Shown piece after piece: positions 1-11,996 of a stretch of DNA of 64,000 bases. Source of the DNA: Lophium mytilinum. Its lineage: Eukaryota. A program made the translations under genes and the position numbers. The stretch covers positions 1,220,616 to 1,284,615 of the forward strand of contig MU004186.1 in assembly GCA_010093605.1 (NCBI GenBank). The letters are read 5' to 3'. The notes beneath the pieces are model-generated. The model searched no databases and was not told the DNA's origin. It saw only the letters and a program-made list of their open reading frames with translations. Positions within the stretch are counted from its first letter, which is position 1. Each line of letters begins with the position of its first letter.

Positions 1-998
1 CTATATATAGCCTAAATACTTTAAGTTAGCGCTTACTAATAAGAAAGCTAAAGCATAGGCGCGCGCTAAAGGGCGCCCGTATAAATTAGGTAATATTATC
101 TTAGGTCTAGCTAATTTTACTAATAACCTGGCGGCTATTAGTCTCTATATAATATTAAAAGACAACTAATATAAATTCTTTAAGAAGATAGAGCGTAAAC
201 TAATAACCTGTAATAAACTTAAAGTATTAGTACCTATAGAATACTATAGCTTCCTTAATATATAGAACCTAAAGAAAGCTAATAAGCTACTACTATGCTA
301 TAAAGCTAAAGATAGTATAGATATTAATTACTATATTAATATTAAACCTAGTAGTAAAGCTCTAGCTTAAAAGGTATATAGCCTTTTATATAATAAGATA
401 TTAGTTATTAAAATCTTTATTAATAAAATATATAGGAAAGGCTATATTAGAAAAAGTAATAGCTAATATACTATACCTATTATTATTATCTATAAACTAG
501 AAGAAGGCCTCTATATTTATATAGACTATTAAGGTCTTAATACTATTATAATTAAAGCTTATAATGTTCCGCCGGCTATAAAAGACACCCTTGCGCTATT
601 AAAATACGCTAGATATTATATAAAGTTTAATATTATAGCCGCTTTTAACGCTATTAGAATATAAGAAGAAGATAAGAAATATACAGCTTTTCTTATAAGA
701 TATAGCCTATTTAAATTTACTATTCTACCTTTTAGCTTATATAATATACTAGCGATATTTTAAGCCTTTATTAATAATATACTCTTAGAATATTTAGATA
801 ACTTCTATACTACCTATCTTAATAATATTCTTATTTTTAGCAAAACGCTTAAGAAATATATTAGTTATGTTAAGAAAGTCCTCTAGCGGCTTTATAAAGT
901 AGGCCTATTTCTTAATATTACTAAATATAAATTCTATAAATAGGAAGTTAAGTACTTAGGCGTTATTATTAGCGTTAATAGTCTTAAAATAGATCTAG

Positions 999-1184
999 TG
1001 TAAGGAATACAGCTATTAAGTATATGCACATCTCTAGCGTGCACGTACCGGCTAGTATATGCGCACCCTATATAGTTCTATTATAAAGAGCCTTATACTT
1101 AATATACTTTATAATATAAACTTATCTTTAATAACTTAATGCGCCTATACTCTATATCTATATAGCACGCTTACGTCCCTTATA
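999..1184 (+). repeat. 5' LTR of nested element
   Basis: Begins TGTAAGG and ends CCTTATA (RIP of CCTTACA, the terminal inverted repeat). Colinear with 11,811-11,996. Confidence 0.95.
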
Positions 1185-1325
1185 ATTAGTAGCTAATTAG
1201 GCTAATTTAACTTCTCTAGCAATAAACGCCCCTATTTTTCTCTTTTTAATACTCTTATCCGCAATAACTAGATACTTATCTTAGTTGCTTTTCTAACGTT
1301 AACGTACTCTATGCTAACGCCTAAC

Positions 1326-1397
1326 CTCTCTCTCTCTCTCTCTCTCCCCTATCTCTCTCTCTCTTTCTCTCTCTTTCTAGTCTTTTTCTTTCTCTCC
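1326..1397 (+). repeat. (TC)n pyrimidine microsatellite in the 5' leader of the nested element
   Basis: ctctctctctc... tract directly visible. Confidence 0.85.
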
Positions 1398-1648
1398 TAT
1401 ATAGAAGTTATAGATATAAAGATATTTTTATACTTATAACGCTATTATTAGTAATACTATAAGTTACTTCTATATCTAATAGTAGTAGTATTACTTACAG
1501 TAGAGCAGCTGCTATTAAATCTTAGTTAGAAGCGTAGAGCTGTTAGCAACTAGGTTAGAATAGTAAGAGATAATAATATATTAATAAAATACTATCTCCT
1601 ACTTACTCTTCTATATCTACTTATCTACCTCTATTCTATACTACTATA

Positions 1649-4349
1649 ATATCTGCCTTATAGATAGCTATAAATTAGATATTATTAGCTAGCTATAACC
1701 TTAGGTAAATTAAGTACTAATACCCGGCCTAATTTTTAGGTAATTCTATTAACTCTATATATATAACCCTCTATTTTAGAGCACGCTCTAGAAAGGCCTA
1801 TTCTATAGCTAACTACGGGTTTATAGTACGCCTTAACTAGTATAAGATATAATTAGCTACATTTCTATATCTAAAGTATAGTTATCTACGCCTAAGAAAC
1901 TATAACTATATAGTTATAGCTAATTAGAACAGCCCTAACTCTATATAATAGTAAAGAATATAGCTATATATATAGCTAGATTATTCTAATATAGCTATAT
2001 ATATTACTATACTATTCTAATATATAAATTAGTAATATAGCAGCTTCTAAAGCCTAGTAAGACGCCCCTATACTTAAGAATCTACCTAGAATAGCTCTTT
2101 AAAATACATACTATATTATTATATAGAGGTAAGGTCTCTAACCTCCTCCCCTAGATAATAATCTTATAGATATCCTTACCTAGATTATTAAGAAATATCT
2201 ACCTACTTAAGAGAATCTTAAGCTTCCTCTAGACTAGAATATAGATAAGAATAGTATCTAAGATGTATTTCTTTTTAATATACTTAAAGCTATCTATACG
2301 CTTCTAGGCCTAAGTAATACCTTTAATAATAACTAGAATAAGAGTAGCCTACTAACTACTAATAGAATTAAGATTATCGCGCAGCGTATTACTCTAGCTA
2401 AATTAGAACATAAAGGAAAGGCATCCTAGTAAGACGCTATAGGCGCGGGCGTTATAAAGGCCGGGAAAAGAAGGCCTAGGCGCTAGCTATTAGTAACCCT
2501 AGTAGCCGGTAATAGTATTAAATATTATACTAAGAAGTAGTATAAGACTAATACTATCTTTATATACTAGCTTCTATATAGCTAAAAATTCTACCTAATA
2601 CTAGTAAGAGAAATTATAGATATAATAGCTAGTTAAGCTTATAGCCTAGAGAAAATTATAATAAATTTAGAAAGGGCTAATTATATTAATAACTTACGTG
2701 CTATTTTTAACCCTATGTTACTGGAATTCTTATTCCCTAATAATAAGATTACTGTTGTAAATATTAAATAAGTTGCAGCCTATTTTAAGCAAGAACCGAG
2801 GGATAATAATAGCGGCGGCTTAGGCTTAAGTAATAATAATAAAAATAATAATAATAATAATACTCTAAATACTAGTATTAGAAGGTCTACCTCTCTAATA
2901 AGAGATAGCGCATAATAAAGAATAGAGGATTACTTCTTTAGAGATAGCTCTAATCTAAATAAGTATAATACCTATATATTCTAAGGATTTCTAGAATATA
3001 TAGAAGAAATAGAGTAAATAGTCTAAGGCCTTTATAAGTAGCTATAGCCCCGGCAGGCACCTATATAGTAGATAACCGCGCAGTAGTTATCTATACTAAG
3101 GGCACCTATATAGTAGGCGCCCGCATATTATAGGCTAGAGTATATATAGAGTAGTTTTTTATAACCTAATTCTATAGGCCTATATTTTAATACTTAAACA
3201 TCTATATAGTTATTAGAATATCTCTATACTCTATACCCGTATTAGAGTTATTACCTATAGTTAGTAGAAGGTAGATTAGTAGCTATAGTATAGTAGTATA
3301 GTCTCCCGGGTTAGAACTTTACAGTAGTAACGCTACTAATATTACTATCTAAGCTTAGGCTAGCGGATATTATGCTATTTAACTTTAATAAGAACTTAGT
3401 TAGTATCTTTATATAGTACTTTAAGTAAATTATAGTACTATATAGAGATATATCTATTCTTTTATAGCTACCCTTATATATAATAGTAGACGCCTATATC
3501 TAGTATATATTATTACTATAAGCGGCGCAACTCTAGATAGATACTAGCTTAGCTTACTAGAAGAATTAGCTAATATAAGAGTACTAGAAAGCGCACTATA
3601 TAGCCTAGTAGAAAGCTAATAATATAAAGTTCTTCTTCTAAAAGGCTAACTAGCTATCCCTATTTTAGTATATAATTAGAAAGGTTAATCTACTCTATAA
3701 AGCTAGTATTAAGAATAAGTATAATATTATCTATAAGCTCTAGAATAGTCTAAACCTAGTTCTAATAAACTTAGTATAGATATATAAAGTAGAAGATATA
3801 TTATAGAACTTCTAGTAACGCGTAAAGTAGTAGATGCTAGCGGCGGAGAAACTATAGTAGTAAAGTTGCCTAAGGTACCTAATAAGCTTAGCACTAATAC
3901 TAGCGTATAAACTATACTTATTCTAGTATAAAGCCGCACTAAAGACGCCGTATTACTAACTAATGGAACAGCTTAGATAGGTACTTATACGGGTTAGTAA
4001 GAAGTATAGAGATATAGCCGCCGGCAATAGAAGTAACTAGAAGTAATAAGATAAACCTACTAATAGAAAACTAGATAAATAGTACCCTATCTATGCAGCT
4101 AAAGGAAAACTAAATAAGATATATTTTATGCGTCTTTACCCCTACTACCTCCCGGTAGTAGAGTATAAGAAGAAAGTTATAAAAGCCTATAACACCGCTG
4201 TAAGATTAGATAATATTAAAAATAAAGACCTAGACGTCGCTATTAAGGATAAATATAAGAATAATAGTAATAGTAATAGCTTCTTCTAGATAATTAATAA
4301 CCTTAAATTCCTCCTCTAGTCCTTAGAAAATAAGAATGTAAGATATTAA
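1649..4349 (+). pseudogene. gag: gag region of nested element (RIP-destroyed; start approximate)
   Basis: Lies between the 5' LTR and protease. A de-RIPed CCHC knuckle (C-P-I-C...H...C from tac cct atc tat...tat...tac) is at ~4,083-4,145. It is in a different frame from pol, with a possible -1 slip site near 4,325. Confidence 0.6.
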
Positions 4350-7300
4350 TACCGGGTTACGTCTTAATTATAGCGTTAAAATCCCCGGGCGATACTATAA
4401 TATCTTTATTAATATATAATATTACTATTAAATACTATAAAGTTAGTTTAATAAAGTATATATAACCCGGGGAAAAATTTCTATAATATATTACTATATT
4501 AATTAACGCTGTAACGCCGGCAGGCAGGTAAGCCTATTTTAGCCTAGACTTAGGCAGTATTATTACGCTTATTAGCGATATATAAAGAAAATAATATTAT
4601 CTAGATATAGTAGTATTTAAGAGAAAGAAAAGTATTAAGATATTAGGTATTAGTAAAAAACTAGTATACTTATAGATATAGGCGCAATTTATATTATACC
4701 TTACTAATACTAATAGAACTATCCTAACTATACCTATTAAAGCCTATATTATTCTAAAGCTAGACTATAGTCTACTTCTAGAAATTAATAACTTATAGCT
4801 GGTAGGCCTTAGTATTATATAGAAAGATAAAGACGGCCTAGATAGACTTTAGATGTAGTAACGCATATTTCTACTAACTATCTTAGCTAAGAATCTGCCG
4901 CCTAAGGTAAAACTACTAAAGGTAAAAGTATCTAGAGCCTTTCTTACTATAGATATTATTATAGAACTAGAATAAGGCCTAAATATCCCTATCTATAGTA
5001 TAAGTAGAGTTATAGGCCTATATTTATTTAAACTCTATATAGACTTTATTAATAAATATAAAGATATCTATAGCCTTAGGGCGAGAGTATTACTTCTAAC
5101 TATAGATAGTAGTATACTATTTTTAAACTTTAGCACGTATACGCTTATTCTTAAGAAGGGATAATAGCTAGAATATATCTAGCTATATTGTAACAACGCT
5201 TCTATAGAAGACCTAGACGCAGGCGTAGACTTTATTAATATTTTTAAAACTAGCGTTAAAAGTAATATAGAAAGTAGAGATATAGATATATTAGACGCCG
5301 CCGCCTAGAACGCTAATATCTAGAATATAGATATATAGAACACCGGCTTAGTAAAAGAAGAAGCTATTAAGAAAGATACTAGTAAGAACACCGCTAGCGC
5401 TTCTATTTAAGCTCTTAATGCTACTATAGATAAAGATAATAATAAAGAGGATATACCCTTTATTATAAACCCTGTAGAGGGTAATATAGATCTCTCTAAA
5501 GCCTATATCTTAAACTATTTTAGGTAGAACTTTAGTAATAAGCTATATATATAGCTCTATAGTTACGCTAAACTCTTTAATAAACGTCTAGGCCTTTTTA
5601 ATAATAGTATAGAAATACCTATTCTATTTATAGATAAGATAGATATTAAGAGCTTAAAGTAAAGAGCCTATAGACTCTTAAAGCGGGATAAGCGCGCTAT
5701 AGATAAGGTTCTAGATCTACTTATAGAGTAAGGGCGCGTAGAAAAGGTTCTACTAGGGCAACCTTTAGTAGCTATATTACTAGTATTTATAGTCTAGAGA
5801 AATAGTAAACTAAGAGTTATTATTAATCTTAGAAAGATTAATATAAAACTATATCTAGATACCTACCTACTACTATAGTAAGATAATATCTTTAATCTTT
5901 TAGGCGGTGTAGTTATCTTCTTATCTATAGATATAACTAAAGGCTTCTTCTAGTAAAGTATAAGGAAAGCTAATTACTAGAAGATAGGCTTTATAACTAT
6001 ATATAGAGGGTATAAGTAGCTTATAGTTTCTATAATAGGTCTAGTAAATATACCCGGCTTCTTTTAATACTATATAGAATCTCTATTTATACTATATCTA
6101 TAGAAATTTATAGCTATCTATATTAATAATATTCTTATCTACTTTAGATTTAAAGAAGACTATCTATATTACCTTAATAAAGTTATAAACGCCCTAGAAA
6201 TAGCCGGCGTTATACTTGCGCTAGCTAAATACTTCTTTAGATTCCCTAGCCTAGAAATACTAGGCTATTATATATCTAGGCTAGGCCTTAGCACGTTAGA
6301 TAAAAAGATAGAGGTAATTAAGAATATAAGGTTTCTAAAGACGCTCTATAAGCTTAAATTTAGGCTAGCCTTCTTTAGATAGTACTACTAATATATTAAA
6401 AGATATAGCTATATTATCGCGCCCTTATAGAAGCTAAAACTAGACGGCCTTAAAAATAGTTCTTAAAAAGGCCGCGCGCGAAAGAATTATATAACTGCGT
6501 GGAAGATTGCTAATCCCCTAAAGGAGTGCCTAGACGCCTAGAAAGTAGTAAAAGTAATACTTTATAGTAAGCTAGTACTAGCCCTGCTAGACTATCTTAA
6601 ACTATTTATTATCTATATTAATAGCTCTAAAGAGCGTGGCTATAGATGCGCTATATATTAAATTAAATCTAATAGAATTAAACGGCTAGTTCTTTTTATT
6701 AGCTAATTACTAAAAAAGTATAAGTAAAATTACTAGGCTATAGAGTTAAAAGTAGGCGCCCTAGTCTAGGTATTATAAAAACTCTAATACTATCTAGATA
6801 GTAATAACTTTACTGTATATATAGACTATAAAGCCTTAAAGTTAGCCTTATAAATAGGCGGTAAGAATAGGTAGTTAGCGCGCCTAAGGGAATAGGAGCT
6901 ATATCTATCTATATTTCTGCCGCAAATAATAATTATTTATAAGCTAGAGAAATACTATAAGAATATAGATAGGCTTTTATAAATACCTACTATCTATAAT
7001 AATATTATAACTAAGGGCGTAGTAGATACTACTACTACTAGCCTTACTACTATAGTTGTATATATTAAGGACGCTTATAAGAAATAAATCTACTTAAAGC
7101 TAAAGAAGAATAAAACCTTTAAAGTTATTCTAGAATACCTTAGAATAAGAGTAAAATAAGGTAATAAGACCTACTATTATAGGTTTTTCTTAGATAACGG
7201 CCTCTTATACCTAAAAGGTAGCGGTAATAAGTAATATTTATACTTACTAAGTAGCATAGTAGATAACGCTGTTAAAAAGGCGCATAATAAAAGCGGCTAT

Positions 7301-8527
7301 AACGGCGCTAACTAAGCCTACTATTATCTTAGGTATAAGATCTATATACCTAAACTATATTAGAAGATTAATAAATAGATACTAGTATACCTAGTATATA
7401 AGACCTTAAAACTAAGAAATTAAAAGCCCTATAGATAGCTCTAGCTAGTATAAATACTAGATAGGCCTTTTATAACTCTTATAATTAACTTTATAGTAGT
7501 ACTACCCTTATCTACTAATAGTAATAATATAATTATAATAACTACTAATAAGTTCTCTAAGGCTATACGCCTGCTGCTAGGAAAGGAGATAGATATAGCT
7601 AAGACGTAGGCGCATTACTTCTTTAATTAGATCTACTGCAATTAGGGCCTGCTAGAAGTAATTATTAGTAATAGGGACCTAAAATTTATAAGCGCCTTTT
7701 AGATAGAGCTATTTAGACAATATAAAATAGACCTTTAGATAATAATATTATACTATCTATCTATAGATAGGCAGGTAGAGAGAACTAACTAAATAGTAGA
7801 AATAACCTTATACTACCTACTTATAGAATAGTATAAGATATAGTAGTAGAAGCTTCTACCGTAGGTAGAATACACCCTTAATATAGCGGTTAACGCCTCT
7901 AGTAGATATACGCTATATAAGATTATATATAGTCTTATACTAAAAATATTCTATAGCGCTAATATAGATAATATTCCTATTCTAAGGAATAGAAAGGCAC
8001 TATACTTTAACGTAGTTAACACTCTTAAACTAGCCTAGGCTAAGATAGCAGCGTACTATAATAAGAACTATACGCCTCTAGACTTAAAAGATTCTATCTA
8101 TCTTAAGGTTATTAGGGGCGTCTATTATAGCTATAGGCTTCTAGATAGTAGCTTACTATTACTAATTTAAGTAGGCCCATTTAAAATTATAAAGTATATT
8201 AGCTACTTAGCCTATAAGCTTAAACTCCCTAAGAAATATAGATAAATCCACCTAGTTATTAGTATTACCTACCTAGAATAGGCAACCCTAGATTCTTTCT
8301 ATAGGGAGCTTCTATCTCTATAGCTAATTATTATAGATAGCTATAATAAATACATTATAGAGAAGATTATTAGGCGCAGAACTATAGAGAAAGGGGACGT
8401 CTATAATATTAAATAGAAAGGGTATAATAATAAGAAGGATATTATAGCGGAGCCGGTTAAATAACTATAGAAGGACGTTCTATAGATAGTAGAGAAGTTT
8501 AAGGCCCGCAGGCGCTTTTATTAGTAA
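4330..8527 (+). pseudogene. pol: pol of nested element (protease-RT-RNase H-integrase-chromodomain), RIP-destroyed
   Basis: cta gac tta ggc agt = LDSGS protease motif at 4,544-4,558. RT RVVVDLRK.N...YP at ~5,815 and YIDD (tat att aat aat) at 6,119-6,130 share that frame. Integrase lies at ~7,400-7,900 and a chromodomain-like Y.IEKI...Y..KWKGY at ~8,350-8,500. Confidence 0.9.
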
Positions 8528-8618
8528 TGTAATTATAGTATTTTTAGCATTCTTAGTATTTACGGCAAAATATAGTTCTAGTATTACTAAGCTAAAAAGG
8601 CAGTAAATTACTAAAACT

Positions 8619-11600
8619 ATAGATATTAAACCTACTATCTATAACTTTACTATAATAAACTCTTTCTCTATAATATAACTCTCTAATAATATCTACTATA
8701 GCGCTACTATTATAGAGCTAAAATTCTAGCGCCCGGGTAATAGAGATAGCACTATTCTAAATAATATTGCGGAACGCTAGTAAAGCTACCCTAGTAAACC
8801 TATCCCGCTAGCTAAATATAACTTTATACTATATCTATTCTACTATCTAATTAACTATATATATTTACCCCTATTATAAGTACTACTTATAGACTAGTAT
8901 ATTAGAAAACTTCTAGCCTTACTTACTACTAGTAATATTTCCCTCTATAAGCTTTATACTAATTAGCCGGCTACTTTTACTAAGAAAGGTAAGGTATTAC
9001 TTATAAGAGAGCTAATAGGCCCACCTAGTATAGAAGCTAATAGTAGAGTTTATATTACCTATAGTAAGGTTATCCTTCTTAGCGCCTATAGTATATAGAG
9101 GGGCCTCGCCTATAAGATACTTAAGCTAATACTAGCATAAATAAAGGTTATTATTAGACTCTCTAAGATAGTTATAAACTATCTTCTAGAGCTAGAATTA
9201 GTTATATACTTAGATTTAAATTATACTAAGAATATTACTATTATAGCGCCTCTACTAGGTAATATTAAACTTAAGTATAAGGTATATCTAGCGGGCGGCG
9301 CATAGAATTATAACCTATATATAGCGGCTAGCATTAATATTAGTAGTAATAATATTAGCTAGCTATATAATAAAGATAAGGGCCCTAAAGAAGTAGACGC
9401 TAAAGCTAAAGATATTAAAAGCTATAACCTCCCTAATAAAGTTAATCTAGCCGCTAATAGAAGCGCTAAAGAGAAGCTGCCTCCCCTATTAGATAAAGTA
9501 GCTCTAGCTAAAGTAGAGAAATATTATTATAATAAATAATTTAAAGAGATAGGCTAAGTTCTAGATAATTTAGGCAACCTAGACACGTTTACTATAGAGA
9601 TAGTAGAGAGAAGGGCAAAAGAGGTAGAGCTAGAAGCGTAGCCTTTACTAACTCTATCTAGGTAGCCCTAATATAGAATAAACGCCTAGTAGATAAAGCT
9701 CTAGGCGGTAGTTAATATACTACTTGCACCCTTAATAATAGCGTTACTTGCACCCTTAATAATAGTATTACTTAAGACTAAGATTATCCCCTATACTTCC
9801 GCGCCTAGGCTGCCGCCGGAATTATTAGATATAATAGATATAATAGGGGATTATATAGAAGTATAGAAGCTTAATAGGGAGATAGATACCGCTATTATAG
9901 CGCTTAAAGGCCGGGAAGAAGTTAATAGTAATAATAGCGCCGGTATAGTAAATATTAGTAACTTAATTAACTTATCTAATAATATTATTCTAGAGTAAGG
10001 AAGCCGGTAGTATATATATAAAAACGCGCCTACTCTAATTAGTAAAATAGTATATAGCGCTAGTAATATTTTACACGCCTATAAATATAATAAATAATAG
10101 TAGAATATAGTTTATAATAACTAGTAAGCTATAGTAGCTATAGGTAAGTACGCTATATTTATATATATAGTACTTAGAGAAGAGATAAAAATAAGGGATA
10201 AAGAATACCTAAATACCCTAGACTATAACACTTTTCTAGAAATATTAAGGTAGTAATTCTACTTTAAGTAGGACTAGAAGACTAAAGAGAAGAAAGGAAA
10301 TAATATTAAACTCGGCGCGGTAATTAATAGAATTATTAAGTATAAGACTATTATTAACGCCTTTAATAGTAAATAGGCGCGCCTACTAGTAGAATAATAT
10401 ATTCTATCCCGCTATTCTATCTAGGGCCTTAGATATAGCTACTAGAAATATAAGGCCTAAATAGAAAGCTATAAGAATACTATTAAATCTCTTTATATAG
10501 AATTATATAAGACGCGCGTAAAGCTAGTAATAATAAAATAAGTAGTAAGAAAAATATTCTTATCTATTACGGCTCTAGCAAAGACAACCCCCGCTAAAGA
10601 CTAGCCTACGGCAACGCAGCTATTATTAAAGCAAGCTGCAGTAATACTAGCAGAAACGGCAGCGTATACTATCTACGCCCGTTCTAACTATAAGAAGGCC
10701 GCATAGCAATTAATAAAGATGTACGTAAGCCCTATCTAGAAGTAATTATTATAAATACTATAGATAGTAGTAAATCTAGTAGTAATAGTAAATCTAAAGC
10801 TCTAATATAAGCTATAAATCTATAATAAGTAGATATAGCTTCTATAAGACGCTATAGGCATGCATATAGGCTACTATAATATAGTATATTTTAAGATAAG
10901 TTAGGCAGTATAGGTAAGAGTAAATAACCTCTATAACTATAGGCGCGCTAGCAGTAATATAGCTATAGGCGCTAGTAGACTTAATATTATTACTATAGAG
11001 AACGCTATAGTAGATTCTATAGTTAGATTAATTACTAAGATATATCTATATTCTCTACTAGATTTCTTTTACTTTACTAAAGACTAATATACTACTACTT
11101 CTATATAAGGTATAGAGCTTATAGATACTAATACTATACTATAGATACTACTAAAGAGAAAAGAAGAGCCTCTACCTATAATTCTTATAGCACTAGATAG
11201 ATAGATTTATCTCTTACTAATAAATAACGGTACCTATTAAGCAAGTATACGCGCTATAAAGGTAGCACCTATATCTATATTAGTAACTAATAAGATATCT
11301 ATAGTATTTTTAGCGCTAATACTCTCTATGCTATAAGCTAGCACGCTAATACTATTAAAGCCTACTAAAGCTACTATAGCGCTAACACCCTCTATACTAT
11401 AAGCTAGCACGCTAATACTATTAAAGCCTGCTAAAGCTACCGCAGTAATACTACTAAAGATAATACCGCCGGCTATAAGTATAAGAGGCATAGCTATACT
11501 ATAACTAAAGTAAGATACGCCTACACCCTTATTAGCTAATATTAGGCGCTGGTAGGCACTTAAAGCTATAAATAAGAAGTATAGAGCTATAGGTATTACT

Positions 11601-11633
11601 AGTAATATTCTTAAGAAGCTAAAGCTAAGCTAA
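8619..11633 (+). pseudogene. Putative extra ORF (ORF3, ~1,000 codons) of nested element, unknown function, RIP-destroyed
   Basis: One frame stays readable for ~3 kb with only sparse TAA/TAG stops of the kind RIP makes from CAA/CAG/TGG/CGA. Internal tandem repeats (24 bp at ~9,721; 66 bp at 11,313-11,444) are multiples of 3. Ends approximate. Confidence 0.6.
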
Positions 11634-11810
11634 TTACCCGGCTTAACCGCCTAGAGCTAGTTACTAAGGCTTAATTACTCTCTAATATATATATTCTAGA
11701 TATATATATTCTATATATACTTACTACTAATATACTTACTCTAGTCTCTCTTTTTCTTCTAGTGCGGGCAGCATAGTTACTAAGATAGTAACTTTCTTAA
11801 CGGGGGCTTC

Positions 11811-11996
11811 TATAAGAAATACAGCTATTAAGTATATATATATCTCTAGTATATATATACTAGCTAGCATATATATACCCTATATAGTTCTATTATAAAG
11901 AGCCTTATACTTAATACGCTTTATAATATAAACTTATCTTTAATAACTTAATGCGCCTGTGCTCTATGCCTGTATAGTATACTTACGTCCCTTATA
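11811..11996 (+). repeat. 3' LTR of nested element
   Basis: Same length as the 5' LTR; differs only by C/T and G/A transitions. Confidence 0.95.

Larger units (their letters stand above)
999..11996 (+). mobile_element. Complete nested Ty3/Gypsy LTR retrotransposon (10,998 bp), RIP-inactivated
   Basis: Two 186-bp LTRs and a 5-bp TSD TCTAG at 994-998 and 11,997-12,001. Internal order is gag, protease, RT, RNase H, integrase, chromodomain. A G-run (putative PPT) at ~11,802-11,806 precedes the 3' LTR. Confidence 0.95.

Noticed and set aside
1185..1200. Primer-binding site (attagtagc, possibly RIPed attggtagc)
   Set aside because: Position fits, but RIP prevents assigning a primer tRNA.
3727..11491. 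Short minus-strand ORFs at 3,727-3,939 and 11,237-11,491
   Set aside because: Antisense by-products of RIPed retrotransposon sequence; the I/L/S/Y-rich composition reflects AT bias.
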